Shown in pieces: positions 1-10,646 of a stretch of DNA of 64,000 bases (the first letter of the stretch is position 1; each line of letters opens with the position of its first letter). This DNA is from an uncultured Bacteroidales bacterium (GTDB lineage: Bacteria > Bacteroidota > Bacteroidia > Bacteroidales > VadinHA17): positions 169,119 to 233,118 of the forward strand of contig CAWFRW010000006.1 of the NCBI GenBank assembly GCA_963818295.1, written 5' to 3'. The notes beneath the pieces are model-generated. The model was not told the origin of the DNA, made no database searches, and saw nothing but the letters and a program-made list of their open reading frames with translations. The position numbers were made by a program, and so were the translations under genes.

Positions 1-20
1 ATTTTATAAAAGCTTATTGA

Positions 21-135
21 TTAAATCAAGATAGTGGGTAATCTTTTTGCACGCATCGTTTTACCGGCTCCAGGATAGCCAACCATAATAATGATAAACG
101 TAAATTACTGTGTCCCAGCAGAGATTTCAATCCAC
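21..135 (-). pseudogene. comM: Degenerate fragment of a ComM/YifB Mg-chelatase-like ATPase (Walker A region only)
   Basis: Minus strand reads ...IEISAG/H..FIIIMVGYPGAGKTMRAKRLPTILI*, matching the ComM motif LEIAAAGGHNxxMxGPPGxGKTMLAKRLPxILP. No start codon or rest of gene. Confidence 0.75.
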
Positions 136-245
136 TAACACTTTATTTCAATACGATCAAAATCAACAGAGTAATCAGGTGCCTCACAACTTGATGGCAA
201 AGTGAAATGAGGAGACACCTGGACAACTCCAACCAGTTTGCCTTC

Positions 246-510
246 TCACTTTAGTTGCTCAGTACTGCACCATCTACCAACATAATTTAGTTTATTCTCG
301 TTTTCATTCCAGTTGAACCTTTCATTCCAGATTTGATGAGCAGTGTAATTTTTGCCGTCTGTGCCAACAAGTGTAACATCTATCTTGATCTCTATATTGT
401 AACCTCCTATCGGGTCATACGACCAAAACCAGTTAAAAACTTGTTCCCCACTCAGTGAAACATTAATACAATCAAAATACTCATTTATCGGGGAATATGT
501 GTATCTGGCA
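246..510 (-). pseudogene. 3' part of a hypothetical protein, probably 5'-truncated
   Basis: C-terminal part of ORF 246..602 looks protein-like (YTYSPINEYFDC...WCSTEQLK) and is followed by a hairpin at about 176-231. Its 5' part overlaps a plus-strand remnant. Confidence 0.4.
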
Positions 511-707
511 GGATACAGTAAAAATGACTTTGTTAAGGGTCTGGAATATTTACATAAAGCAGCCAATATAAACAGGGAATGGAGTTGCCTGATTTGCTTC
601 ACGGACTGGGGTTTGGATATCAGTTAAAATCTACCCAAAACCTGCTGAAAAGCAGCGGGACGAATCCTCTTACGCGTCAGACAGGACAGAACCTCCTTCT
701 GAAATAA
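510..707 (+). pseudogene. Possible remnant of a TPR-like helical protein
   Basis: Plus strand reads GYSKNDFVKGLEYLHKAANINR then, in another frame, MELPDLLHGLGFGY, a TPR-like pattern. No intact ORF. Confidence 0.35.
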
Positions 708-740
708 ATTTGACTTCAGGTTATTAAGATTGTAACTTTA
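706..740 (+). promoter_or_regulatory. Bacteroidota sigma70-type promoter (-33 TTTG / -7 TAnnTTT)
   Basis: AAATTTGACTTCAG-N12-GTAACTTTA. A near-identical copy lies at 2623-2657. Confidence 0.6.
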
Positions 741-787
741 TAAGCATCGAATAATTCATTTTATTTTAGTAACCAAAGCCTTTACTT

Positions 788-1216
788 ATGAAAAGAACTA
801 TTTTTTTAAGCCTGGTTATTTCAGTAATAATCGGGAGTTGTACTCAGGAAAAAAAATCACCCATTGAAGGTGCCTGGCAACTTGTCTATGCCCAATGGCA
901 ACCTGAAAATATTCTGTACCCTTCCCAGGCTAAGGGGAGTGATATTAAAATCTGGTCAAAGGATTATTTCGCCGCTGTAGGTAAGATAACAATGGACACA
1001 GTTGTTACCAATCTCTATGTCGGAGGAAAATATACACTGGAAGGTAACAGATATGAAGAGGATATTTTATATCACGCATTTGAAAGCCTGAATGGTCAAA
1101 AAGTCAAATTGTTAATTGAAATCAGGAACGACACTCTTATTCAGCGGTGGCCTGCAAATGAAAACTGGAAACTTGAAGAGGTATATAGTACTGAAAAATA
1201 TGTAAGGCTTAAATAA
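788..1216 (+). CDS. Lipoprotein with lipocalin-like domain
   Basis: Lipobox IGSC; IEGAWQLV and GKYTLEGNRYEE motifs; intact 142-aa ORF. Confidence 0.75.
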   Translation: MKRTIFLSLVISVIIGSCTQEKKSPIEGAWQLVYAQWQPENILYPSQAKGSDIKIWSKDYFAAVGKITMDTVVTNLYVGGKYTLEGNRYEEDILYHAFESLNGQKVKLLIEIRNDTLIQRWPANENWKLEEVYSTEKYVRLK

Positions 1217-1247
1217 TAAGTCACAGCAATCCTTTGATCTTGCGATA

Positions 1248-1276
1248 CCCCCGGAAATCATCTCCGGGGGCTTTTT
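1248..1276 (+). terminator. Intrinsic terminator
   Basis: CCCCCGGA-N7-TCCGGGGG followed by a T-run. Confidence 0.8.
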
Positions 1277-1496
1277 ATTGAATTGCAGCCGATATAAAAT
1301 CAATTTGTTTAGGAACAATAATCAAGTATAAATTGTCTTTAATCTATTTGCGAGAACGGCATCAATACCTTTAACGGCACTGGCAAAAATCCTTATTAAC
1401 TCACTGATAAACTATTAGCACAAAACAAAACACCATACAAAAATTAGTACAAATCGTGATAAAAGACAAAAGTAATTTCACAAATATAAGGAAGAG

Positions 1497-1744
1497 ATTG
1501 GGGCTGTTGAAAATATCTTTTTACCGTAAAGTGCGCTACTGTGCGCAAATATTATTGTAATGTTTTCTCTGTGTATCTCTGTGCCATCTCTGTGACCCTC
1601 TGTGTAACAAATTTAAGAACTTACACAGAGATCACAGAGTCTCCACAGAGTTACACAGAGGACTTATGAGACAGTTACGTATACTCTAGGCCCTTTTTGG
1701 GGTCTTTGTGGCTAATGGATTTTGATTTTACCTACAGCCCCAAT
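1497..1744. repeat. Nested palindromic MITE/REP-like element
   Basis: Perfect 11-bp outer IR ATTGGGGCTGT/ACAGCCCCAAT. Inner 4x CTCTGTG (1567-1604) mirrored by 4x CACAGAG (1624-1660). Confidence 0.85.
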
Positions 1745-1924
1745 GACCAATTATATAACCTGAATTGTTTTTATACCGCTGCGCGGTACTTTTAATGACG
1801 GTTGATCTAAATTGAATCCATTTCAATACTCCTCGTATTTTTTAGACTCAGATTTAAGAGAAAATATTTAAATACAATACTCATCAGGCATATGTTTGTT
1901 TAATATCTTTACAAGGACTGACCT

Positions 1925-2461
1925 TTGACAGGTAAAACTACAAACCATAACTTCGCAGGAACGATGAAAATGTTACTTATTTTATCAGGTATTTTCATAT
2001 ATCTGAATTGCTCTTTTTATGCTGAATCACAAAATCCCGATATTAGCCTCAACCAGTTCCGGTTAATGCAACAGCTCGAAGGAAGCTGGAATTGCGAAAT
2101 TGGTACAGACACTTCTGCTTACTGGGATATGATACCTTATGGCTCAGGTTTTGAAGCCAGTTTGAAATATATTACAAAAGGGAAAATCATCAAAGAGGGT
2201 AAGGGCCTTTATGGCTACGATTCAAAAATCGACAAAATTGTCGAGGCAGGAATTACAAAGGGAAAGGATATTGGAGTTTATGTAATGTGGTTTATTACAG
2301 ACAATAAATTTGTGCTCATTCCTTTCAGCGATTTAGCAAAACCGGAGATGGCATCATTCAAAATGGAGGGAGAATTCAAATTCCCCGATCTCCTAATCGA
2401 AACTACATTAACAGATAACAAAATCGTAAAAATTAAAACCTGGACAAAATCCAGCCATTGA
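1925..2461 (+). CDS. Secreted hypothetical protein (beta-barrel/lipocalin-like); ATG at about 1963 is the likelier start
   Basis: Hydrophobic N-terminus, LEGSWNCE motif, intact ORF. Confidence 0.65.
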   Translation: MTGKTTNHNFAGTMKMLLILSGIFIYLNCSFYAESQNPDISLNQFRLMQQLEGSWNCEIGTDTSAYWDMIPYGSGFEASLKYITKGKIIKEGKGLYGYDSKIDKIVEAGITKGKDIGVYVMWFITDNKFVLIPFSDLAKPEMASFKMEGEFKFPDLLIETTLTDNKIVKIKTWTKSSH

Positions 2462-2622
2462 GCTGCTGAAGCTAAAACCAGGATATTAAGCATTCCGAAT
2501 ATAAGACCCGGTGGTTTTGTATCACTGTTGTAAATCTGGGGCCAGAAACGTGGCAAAACTCCTGTTATGAATGCATACCCTCACTCAGTGAACAAACATT
2601 TTACAAACCCCATACTAAAATA

Positions 2623-2657
2623 AAATTTGACTTCAGTTTTTTAGTAGCGTAACTTTG
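2623..2657 (+). promoter_or_regulatory. Bacteroidota sigma70-type promoter
   Basis: AAATTTGACTTCAG-N12-GTAACTTTG (TTTG...TAACTTTG). Confidence 0.7.
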
Positions 2658-2788
2658 TTCAGGAATTTGTTTGACATACTACACTTGAGGGATTGTAGCT
2701 ATTCAAACATATACATTATGATGCCGTTTCATAATGACTCTTATAACATCTTCTACAGCTTCTTATAAAAAAATTAAAAAAATGTAGT

Positions 2789-3652
2789 ATGAAAACAAAA
2801 ACATCTGTTTTGTTAAGCATTCTGTTTTGCATTGGATTAACAACGCTGTCAGGACAAAAAAGCAGTAATGATAACGAGTATACAATGCTTGGCGAGCCCT
2901 CTCCTTTTACGGATAAAATGAATGGAAAAGTTCAGAAAGTCGTTCTGAAATTTTACTGGGGCGTGGGTAACGGTGAGAATATTAAAAAGGGAATACCGGT
3001 ATCTACCCGGGAACGTGACTCATTAAACTGGAATTATGATTTTGACGCAACCTTTGACAGTAAAGGCGATCATATGATCAGCCTTAATTACCTGGATGAT
3101 AATTATAACCCTGTTAACAAATATCAATTTGTAAAAGAAAATGACAGGATCGCGCTTGCCAAATGGACTATGGGAAAAGATATTGTGGGTCAATTAAACT
3201 TTCCAAAGGGAAATGGTTATACAAAATATATTTATGACAAAAAAGGACAACTGATACGTAAGGAAGATTATAAAGAGGAAGGCGATTTGCTCCTGTATAC
3301 TTTCCCCTTTAAAAACAATGAAGCCGGCGATCCGGTTGAATCCCAGGCGTTGGATAGTAAAGGAAATCTGTTATTCAAATGGTCGAACACATATAATGAA
3401 AAAAGACAAGATGTAGGAGGTAACTGGACCGATAAAGACGGAAATATTGCCGGCTACTATAAGGCTGTTTATAATGATAAAGGTAAAATCGTTGAAAATA
3501 CAATGTATGATAAGGACAAAAATGTCATCGCTGTTTATAAATTTACTTATCCCGAATATGATGCCAGGGGTAACTGGTTAAAATTCATCATCAATATGAA
3601 AGATCCTTCTGAGCGCCCGGTAATCTGTGAAAGAACTATAGAATATTTTTAG
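2789..3652 (+). CDS. Secreted YD-repeat-like beta-hairpin protein
   Basis: Signal peptide; repeated YDKKGQ/YNEK/YNDKGK/YDARGNW units; C-terminal ERTIEYF. Confidence 0.75.
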   Translation: MKTKTSVLLSILFCIGLTTLSGQKSSNDNEYTMLGEPSPFTDKMNGKVQKVVLKFYWGVGNGENIKKGIPVSTRERDSLNWNYDFDATFDSKGDHMISLNYLDDNYNPVNKYQFVKENDRIALAKWTMGKDIVGQLNFPKGNGYTKYIYDKKGQLIRKEDYKEEGDLLLYTFPFKNNEAGDPVESQALDSKGNLLFKWSNTYNEKRQDVGGNWTDKDGNIAGYYKAVYNDKGKIVENTMYDKDKNVIAVYKFTYPEYDARGNWLKFIINMKDPSERPVICERTIEYF

Positions 3653-3669
3653 TAATATTTCGTTGATAT

Positions 3670-3702
3670 AAAGCCCCCGGAAAGTAATGACCAGGGGCTT
3701 TT
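3670..3702 (+). terminator. Intrinsic terminator (same family as 1248 and 7259)
   Basis: AAAGCCCCCGG...CCAGGGGCTTTT. Confidence 0.75.
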
Positions 3703-3926
3703 GTTTTGTTTTTAAAATATCCATTAAATACCTTATTAATTGCGATTTAAGAGATTTATGAAAAAAATGCTGATACCATACAGTATTAGCAGGGTGAGCG
3801 GAATTACCGATTATTGATTTTATTTACCCTGATGCTTTATATTGATAAGATAGAAAATTAATGATTGCTTCTTTTTTAACACTTAGCTCTTCCGTCTGTT
3901 ATACTATAGAACCAACACTTTTAGCT

Positions 3927-4094
3927 ATGAGACGTATCAGACATACCAGAAAACCTGAACGTCCTCAGAAGTTTATCAAAATTGACCCGAGAACATCATT
4001 ACAGGCTGATAATGAAACTCCTGATGACGCTTCGCGTTCAAATTTTCTAACCAAAAATCTTTCAGGCAAATCCAGATCAAATAATCAGATTTGA
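3927..4094 (+). CDS. Small basic hypothetical protein (55 aa)
   Basis: MRRIRHTRKPERPQKFIKIDPRT..., followed by a terminator at 4138-4172. Confidence 0.5.
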   Translation: MRRIRHTRKPERPQKFIKIDPRTSLQADNETPDDASRSNFLTKNLSGKSRSNNQI

Positions 4095-4137
4095 ATAAGA
4101 GAGCATTAAACTTTTGCCAGTGAGTCTAAATAGTATC

Positions 4138-4172
4138 GCCCTCAGTCATTAATTTGACTGAGGGTATTTTTT
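4138..4172 (+). terminator. Intrinsic terminator
   Basis: CCCTCAGTCA-N-TGACTGAGGG followed by a T-run. Confidence 0.75.
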
Positions 4173-4600
4173 TCTCAGAAAATCTCCGGGAAGTTTGGTA
4201 ATATGAATTTATTTATCCCTTCCAATTGCCAATATACTGCTTATTCAATTCAAGCTTTAAGTTTTGTAAGACGGTCTGCTATCCTAACCTGTTTGACCAG
4301 ATAAAAATGCAGACTTAAATTATAGCTATAAAATATATTTTTATCATATGAGTAATAAATTTTCAAAAGAAGACAGAAAACTGCAAAACAATTGCGAAAA
4401 GAAAGTGTTACTAATAATGATGTCAATTTTATGGGGAATAGTGCTTAATTAAGGGAATCAGTGCATCATAACTGTTTTTAACATCAAAAAGAAAAATGTT
4501 AGTCACTTGGTTTTCAAGGTTAATCAAAATCGATATTTATCTGTTTGTTTTATTAATAAATTTATATGCCGAAAGATTTTATAAACTTAATCCTACTATT

Positions 4601-4924
4601 ATGTACAAAGCACTATGTCTCTTAATTGTAGTATCTTTTTTGGGAATGGGTTCCTGTAAAAAGAAATCTACGGATCCTGATCGCTGTGGCACTGCCTGGG
4701 CTACTCAACTATCCACTCAAATCAACGCCGTGTCAGCTGCAGCACAGGCATACGGCACTGATCCTACACCTGCTAACTGCAATGCATTAAAGACAGCCTA
4801 TCAGAACTATCTGAATGCCTTAGAACCGTTTACCGACTGCTCTACATGGACAGCTCAGGAAAAGGATGATTTGCAGGCCGCAATCGATGAGGCCCAGCAG
4901 GAGGTAGACACTCTCTGCCAGTAA
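4601..4924 (+). CDS. Small Cys-containing helical lipoprotein
   Basis: ATG at 4601, lipobox MGSC-KKK, four further Cys. Confidence 0.7.
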   Translation: MYKALCLLIVVSFLGMGSCKKKSTDPDRCGTAWATQLSTQINAVSAAAQAYGTDPTPANCNALKTAYQNYLNALEPFTDCSTWTAQEKDDLQAAIDEAQQEVDTLCQ

Positions 4925-4940
4925 GAACTGCAACCTGAAT

Positions 4941-5086
4941 GAAGAGCCTTTCTCAAAAGTCCTCTGTGAAACTCTGTGTAAAATCCGAGACCTATGTGTA
5001 AATTTTTAAATATTTATTACACAGAAGTCAAAGGACAACACAAAGAAATTATAATAACAGTTTTGGACTTTTGAGACAGCCTCTTC
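4941..5086. repeat. Palindromic MITE-like element
   Basis: 22-bp terminal IR GAAGAGCCTTTCTCAAAAGTCC/GGACTTTTGAGACAGCCTCTTC (2 mismatches) with internal CTCTGTG/CACAGA units. Confidence 0.8.
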
Positions 5087-5738
5087 TTTTTATCAGAATA
5101 CAAGCTCTTTTTAAGAATTCTATGTCCTATTGTTTTGCTGTACATAGATAACAGTCGTATCTATAATACTACAGCTCAAATCCCGGCATCTATAGCCTGG
5201 AAATGAATGTCAGATTTTGTCCCCGTAAGGAATGCTTATTGTAATTCATGCCAAAAATCCTTGCGGTACGTACCCTTGTCATAAGTAATAAAACCCATCT
5301 TGTTTAAGCACAACGATTCATTGCTTTACCACAATTCAATTCTTGTTTTGTAAAATGATCTTTTTAGTGAACATAATTTATTCTGTTATGTTTAATTTAT
5401 GCAATAGGAGTGGTTGTTACTATGCTTTTACAACATATAAGTCATAAGGCTTTAATTTTCTCCTGATAATTTCGTTACTCCCCCCGATTTGGTTAAACAG
5501 GAACCTCCATAGAGGTAATAGCATGCTCCTTTAACAGGAGATTAATTTGAAACTGTTTTAACTAACTAAAACAAAGAATTATGAAAACGGCATTCATGTT
5601 TTTTGCATCAGCATTTTTCACTGCCTGTCCTATGACATTGTCTGGCTAATATTAAATTAGTGATACCTGCAGATATACCAGGTTGACTGGTCACTCTCTC
5701 AATGATAGTTTGATTTCTAATCCTCAAAATTAACAGTT

Positions 5739-6923
5739 ATGAAACGTATTCTGAATACTACAACCATTGTTATTCTTTCAATTGGTGCTGTTGCAATAAT
5801 GCATTCATGCGGAGAAAAACTTGCTGTTCCTGAAAATAATGTGCTGACAAAGCTAATACCAACCGAATTAGCCTCAGCAAGATCGAATGCTCTCCTTCCC
5901 CAGGAAAGAATAATAGTTACTATTTGTAATCCAAATGGCTGGGAAACGCAAAAGCAGGTAGGTGCAACAGGTACAATAAAGTTTGTAAATGGTCCGTCCG
6001 AATCTCAGTCAGGTTATGGAAGTCTGCAATTCAGTTGTCCGGATAAGAAATTCCTCAGGTTAAATACCAACCAATTTTTAGGAACAAAATTATCTGACAT
6101 AACACGGTTATCTTATTCTACATACGTGGAGCAGAGTGGTTCAATTTCAGATAATATATTTATTGTAATCCAAACAGATATAAATGATGATGGTACAGTA
6201 GATTTCCCCGTGGTTTTTAATCCGATCTTTCAGACCGGGAGTTATGTTGAAGGAATAGGTCCGGATCAGGGCACAACTCAAAGCAACGTCTGGCAAAACT
6301 GGAACTTATTGGATGGAGTGTGGTGGCGCGGTGATGGTCCGGATCCGTGGAACGGAGGAGTTCTGTTCACACTGGCTACTCTGGTTGAGCAGTATCCAGG
6401 TGCAAGAATAACAAATCAGGGGGGAGGCCCCGGTTCCATAAGAATAAGCGGAGGTGCGCCTTACTTTACAGGTGCATTTATTGGTTATGCGGATAATTTT
6501 CAGATTGGAATAGATGGGGTGACAAAAGCATATGATTTTGAAGAGAGAACAGCTGACGCCGGGCCAGATCAAACAGTTGTCTATGGATATGGCTCGAATT
6601 GTGCTACTCTAACAGGAGAAGCCTCCGGAGGCATTCCTCCCTATACATATTCCTGGTCGCCAGGCGGCTCAGCTCCGAACAATGCAATCACACAAGTTTG
6701 TCCCACCACAACAACAACGTATACGCTCACAGTAACCGACGCCAATGGGTGCACCAGTGCAGATGAGATAACGGTGTTCGTAAATGATGTAAGATGCGGC
6801 AAAAACATGGATAAAATAAAAATATGCCATAATGGAAACGAAATATGTATCGATACAAGAGATGTTCAGGATCATTTAGCTCATGGTGATTTATTGGGTA
6901 ACTGCAGGGCATTTCTTAAATGA
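5739..6923 (+). CDS. Modular surface lipoprotein: beta-rich domain, PKD/SprB-like Ig repeat, C-terminal Cys/His motif
   Basis: Lipobox MHSC; ADAGPDQTV...[10 protein letters not shown]...[12 protein letters not shown]; tail ICHNG..ICI...[11 protein letters not shown]. Confidence 0.75.
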   Translation: MKRILNTTTIVILSIGAVAIMHSCGEKLAVPENNVLTKLIPTELASARSNALLPQERIIVTICNPNGWETQKQVGATGTIKFVNGPSESQSGYGSLQFSCPDKKFLRLNTNQFLGTKLSDITRLSYSTYVEQSGSISDNIFIVIQTDINDDGTVDFPVVFNPIFQTGSYVEGIGPDQGTTQSNVWQNWNLLDGVWWRGDGPDPWNGGVLFTLATLVEQYPGARITNQGGGPGSIRISGGAPYFTGAFIGYADNFQIGIDGVTKAYDFEERTADAGPDQTVVYGYGSNCATLTGEASGGIPPYTYSWSPGGSAPNNAITQVCPTTTTTYTLTVTDANGCTSADEITVFVNDVRCGKNMDKIKICHNGNEICIDTRDVQDHLAHGDLLGNCRAFLK

Positions 6924-7026
6924 TTTGCCTGCTACTGCCAGGATATGGATCCCTGATCAGATATTAAAACACCAGGATTTGAATACAACCTTTGACAATA
7001 TATTGAAAAACTAAAATCCAGGTAAA

Positions 7027-7248
7027 ATGAACTTTATAGAATTTTCTGTTAAACGGCATGGGAAAAATGAACCCATTTTTATAAGCAGTGAAAATGTTGT
7101 CTATTTCTATGGTCATCCTGATCATAAAGAGCTTACAGTTATTGGACTATCCGGCAATGTCCCGTACACACTCGAGAATTCAATCGATGAGGTTAAGCTT
7201 AAATTAGGCATTAAGCCGGGCAAAAAAGTAACCCAAAAAATAAAGTAA
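7027..7248 (+). CDS. Small hypothetical protein (FlbD-like pattern)
   Basis: 73-aa ORF with pattern MxFIE...PIFI....V......TVI.L......LE.SIDEV, followed by a terminator. Confidence 0.55.
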   Translation: MNFIEFSVKRHGKNEPIFISSENVVYFYGHPDHKELTVIGLSGNVPYTLENSIDEVKLKLGIKPGKKVTQKIK

Positions 7249-7258
7249 GTAAATAAAC

Positions 7259-7291
7259 AAAGCCCCCGGCATCTCGGCGACTGGGGGCTTC
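7259..7291 (+). terminator. Hairpin of the AAAGCCCCCGG family
   Basis: AAAGCCCCCGG...CTGGGGGCTT. Confidence 0.65.
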
Positions 7292-7488
7292 ATTGCAGCT
7301 TTAGATGTTTCTGATTTCATCATTAGTGCAAATCAAAGATCGAAAATCTTATTAGCTTAAGTCAAGTAATTTCAGAGATTTCCGTCAATGAGTTCAGGCA
7401 TTTCGTCAAAAATCTATGAATGTAGTATTGTGATTCCGATTATACTGTTTTCGAATGGCATCAGGGAGCTGCGGTTGAGATCAGGTAA

Positions 7489-7683
7489 TTATTTCAATAA
7501 TTTTAATTTTTCAGCAACTTCCGCTGCAGCTTCTGCAATCGTTGTATCCTTTATTCTGCCCTGATATTTTTTAGCCACCTCCAATAATTCCTTTTTCAAT
7601 TCTTTTTTCAAGGAATACTCCCTTGCTTTATCAAGGGGAGATTCATCTGAAATCCATTCTCCTTTCCAGTTTAAGTGTCCCAT
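7489..7683 (-). CDS. Small hypothetical protein
   Basis: 64-aa charged helical ORF with ATG start. Confidence 0.5.
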   Translation of the reverse strand: MGHLNWKGEWISDESPLDKAREYSLKKELKKELLEVAKKYQGRIKDTTIAEAAAEVAEKLKLLK

Positions 7684-7982
7684 ACCTGTTTAACTTTCAT
7701 ACTTCAAATTTATCTCTTATTTATTTATTTCTGATACTCATTTTTAATAACCGGGTCCGAAATACCTGGCAATAATGAGAAAAATAATTCATAATATACA
7801 GTCAAACCATGCATTCAGACCATCTAACACTATCTGTTATCATGTGATTTAATATTTTAATTTATATAAAGATTGTTACTTTTGGCAATTATTAATTTAT
7901 CCATTAACAATAGATTCAGACCAGAGATTTGAAGCTTTATCGCAGGTTATTTGGTTGTTAACCATTAAAAATATTCATACTT

Positions 7983-8750
7983 ATGAGCAGGAAAAGAAAC
8001 ATCATCAGCAAAGTAATCAGGAAACTTTTACCAAAGAAGGGATATGTCAAAATATCCGGAAGTATTATTCCATCTCCTGATTTAAGATGGTGCGGTCCTG
8101 AATTTAAGGATGATCATTACTATCTGAAGTCAGCCGAAGGGGAAGCAGACAGACTGGTTGAACATTTTCAGTGCACCAGGGAGAGCAGGGTGCTTGACAT
8201 AGGTTGCGGACAGGGCCGATCTGCCTATTGGAATACTTCGCAAAATTGGCTCAGTTAACTATACAGGAATTGATGTTGACAGTAAGTTCTATTGATTGGT
8301 GCAATCAGTTATTGAACAGAACAACACCTCGTTCAAATTTAAACATCTTGACCTTCATAATGAGAGATACAATAAAAAAGGTGTTAAGGCAGATGAACAA
8401 TTCAGTTTTGATCTTGAGTCAAAAAGTGTTGACATAATTTATTTGTACTCCGTTTTTTCACATACAACGGAAGAAGATTTCCGGACTTATCTGAAAGATT
8501 TTTCACGCATCCTTGATGACAATGGCAAAATATTCTTCACAACCTTTGTTGAAGAGGATGTCCCCGATTTTTCAATAAATCCCGAGAACTATCAATTAAA
8601 ATGCTCCGGTCCGCTTCATATTGTGCGATACGAAAAAGACTATCTCTTTTCAATAATTAAAGGAACATGGATTTTCAATAATCCATTTTATCCCATAAAA
8701 ATGAAACAAATGGTCAGAGCGGTATCTACCTGGCCAAAAATAATAGTTAA
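7983..8750 (+). CDS. Class I SAM-dependent methyltransferase (frameshifted in assembly)
   Basis: VLDIGCGQGR and VDIIYLYSVFSH motifs, split over three ORFs. Confidence 0.8.
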
Positions 8751-8929
8751 AAGATCTTCACAGGCATGATTATCCCTTCTGAATTCACCAGGAGATAAAC
8801 CATTGTATCTCAACTCTGGGGTACATCTTTTTACTCTCAGGAACTTCAGAAAACTTTTAAAACCCATGGAATTTTGATATATTTCGAAAAAAGCATAATC
8901 TTGGAATAAAATTTAAACAAATTAACAAT

Positions 8930-9763
8930 TTGACTGACTTTTCTACAGGGGTTGTAATTTCTACCTATAATAACCCGGAGTGGCTTAAAAAGGTGCTTTG
9001 GGGTTATCTTAGCCAGAGTGTGATTCCTGATGAGATAATCATTGCTGATGATGGATCAGGTGAAGAGACAAGGCTTTTAATAAATTCATTTAGTGACAGG
9101 TTGCCTGTAAAACATGTATGGCACCCTGACAACGGATTTCAGAAATGCAGGATCCTGAACCTTGCAATCCTTGAGGCAAAATCAGACTATCTTATCTTTA
9201 CCGATCAGGATTGCATTCCCCGTTATGATTTTGTTGAGACACACCTGAAATATGCAGGCAAAGGATATTTTCTTTCGGGTGGATACGTTAGGCTGCCCAT
9301 GGATTTAAGCAAAAGCATTACCGAGGAAGATATCCGTTCACAAAATACCTTCTCCCTGAAATGGCTTATAAAGAACGGGTTGCCTCTTAACTTTAAATGC
9401 ACAAAACTCTTCAGACAGGGTTCGTTCACCCGCATGATGAATGCAGTTACTCCTACGAGGGCGACATGGAATGGATGCAACTCATCGGGATGGAAATCAG
9501 ATATGCTGACTGTAAATGGTTTTAATGAACTGATGCAGTATGGGGGTCAGGACCGTGAGTTTGGTGAACGGCTTTTCAATCTCGGACTTAAATCAAAACA
9601 GATAAGATATTCTGCCATCCTTCTCCATCTCGATCACAGCCGTCCGTATAAGACTGCTGAGAGTGTCGCAAAGAATATCGCTATCCGAAAGAAAACACGA
9701 AGTGAAAAGATTATTGAAACACCCCTTGGGATCAAACAATATCTTGCCGGAAGAAATCCCTGA
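8930..9763 (+). CDS. Glycosyltransferase family 2
   Basis: VVISTYN, IADDGS, IFTDQDC, GFNE...YGGQD. Confidence 0.9.
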   Translation: MTDFSTGVVISTYNNPEWLKKVLWGYLSQSVIPDEIIIADDGSGEETRLLINSFSDRLPVKHVWHPDNGFQKCRILNLAILEAKSDYLIFTDQDCIPRYDFVETHLKYAGKGYFLSGGYVRLPMDLSKSITEEDIRSQNTFSLKWLIKNGLPLNFKCTKLFRQGSFTRMMNAVTPTRATWNGCNSSGWKSDMLTVNGFNELMQYGGQDREFGERLFNLGLKSKQIRYSAILLHLDHSRPYKTAESVAKNIAIRKKTRSEKIIETPLGIKQYLAGRNP

Positions 9764-9765
9764 TT

Positions 9766-10587
9766 ATGTCATATAAGGCCACACTGATCATTTCGGTTTA
9801 TAAAGACACCGGCTCGCTTAAAGTTGTTTTGGATTCTCTGCGACTTTCAGACTGAGAAGGATTTTGAGATCATCATTTCAGAGGATGGAGAGGATGAGCA
9901 AATGCATCGGTTTATATCAACATATACTTTTGAGTATGACCATCAGCATCTCACTCAGGAAGATCTGGGATGGAGAAAGAACAGGGCTCTGAATCGCGCA
10001 ATTAAAGCTGCAAAGGCAGAATGGCTGATATTTATCGATGGCGACTGTGCTCTTCATCCACGCTTTATTGAGCATCATCTGAAGCTTGCCGCTGAGAAAT
10101 ATATTCTGGCTGGAAAAAGGATAAAACTTGACCCTGCTCTCAGCAGTTTTCTGGCCAGCGATCCTGAAGCCATCCTTAAGATGCAACAAATTCTTCTGAA
10201 ATTTTTATATCAGACCAGGCAGTAAGAAGCCAGGATTTTATGAAGAGGGAATATTCATTGACCGCTCCGGACTTTTTGGGTTTATACCCCGTCTCAGAAG
10301 AATGAACAAACTGAAAGGTTGTAATATGTCATTTTCAAAGAGCGCTGCTGTTGCCATCAATGGATTCGATGAAGATTATACCCTGCCAGCCATTGGTGAA
10401 GATATAGATCTGACCTGGAGGTTCGACAGGTTGCGGATATCGTCTCCGTTCACTCCGGAATCTTGCTGTTCAGTACCATCTCTATCATAAAGAGAACTGG
10501 TCAAGCCAGGAACAAAACATTGAAAAAATGAATTGTAAGCAGTTGCGTCGGGAGTATGTCTGCCGTAACGGTCTTGAAAAACTATAG
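9766..10587 (+). CDS. Glycosyltransferase family 2 (frameshifted)
   Basis: LIISVY, ISEDGE, IFIDGDC, KGCNMS, NGFDEDY...GEDID. Confidence 0.85.
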
Positions 10588-10646
10588 TAAAAAAAACCCG
10601 GGTCTGCAGAATCCGGGTCATCTGAAAATAATTGGCTATGAGTGCA

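Noticed and set aside
630-700. c-di-GMP-I riboswitch-like AAACC-stem-GAAA-stem-GGGACG
   Set aside because: The flanking consensus and second hairpin are missing, it lies upstream of the predicted promoter, and it overlaps an apparent coding remnant.
788-7291. Integron cassette array
   Set aside because: No integrase and no recognisable attC RYYYAAC/GTTRRRY boundaries; the hairpins look like terminators.
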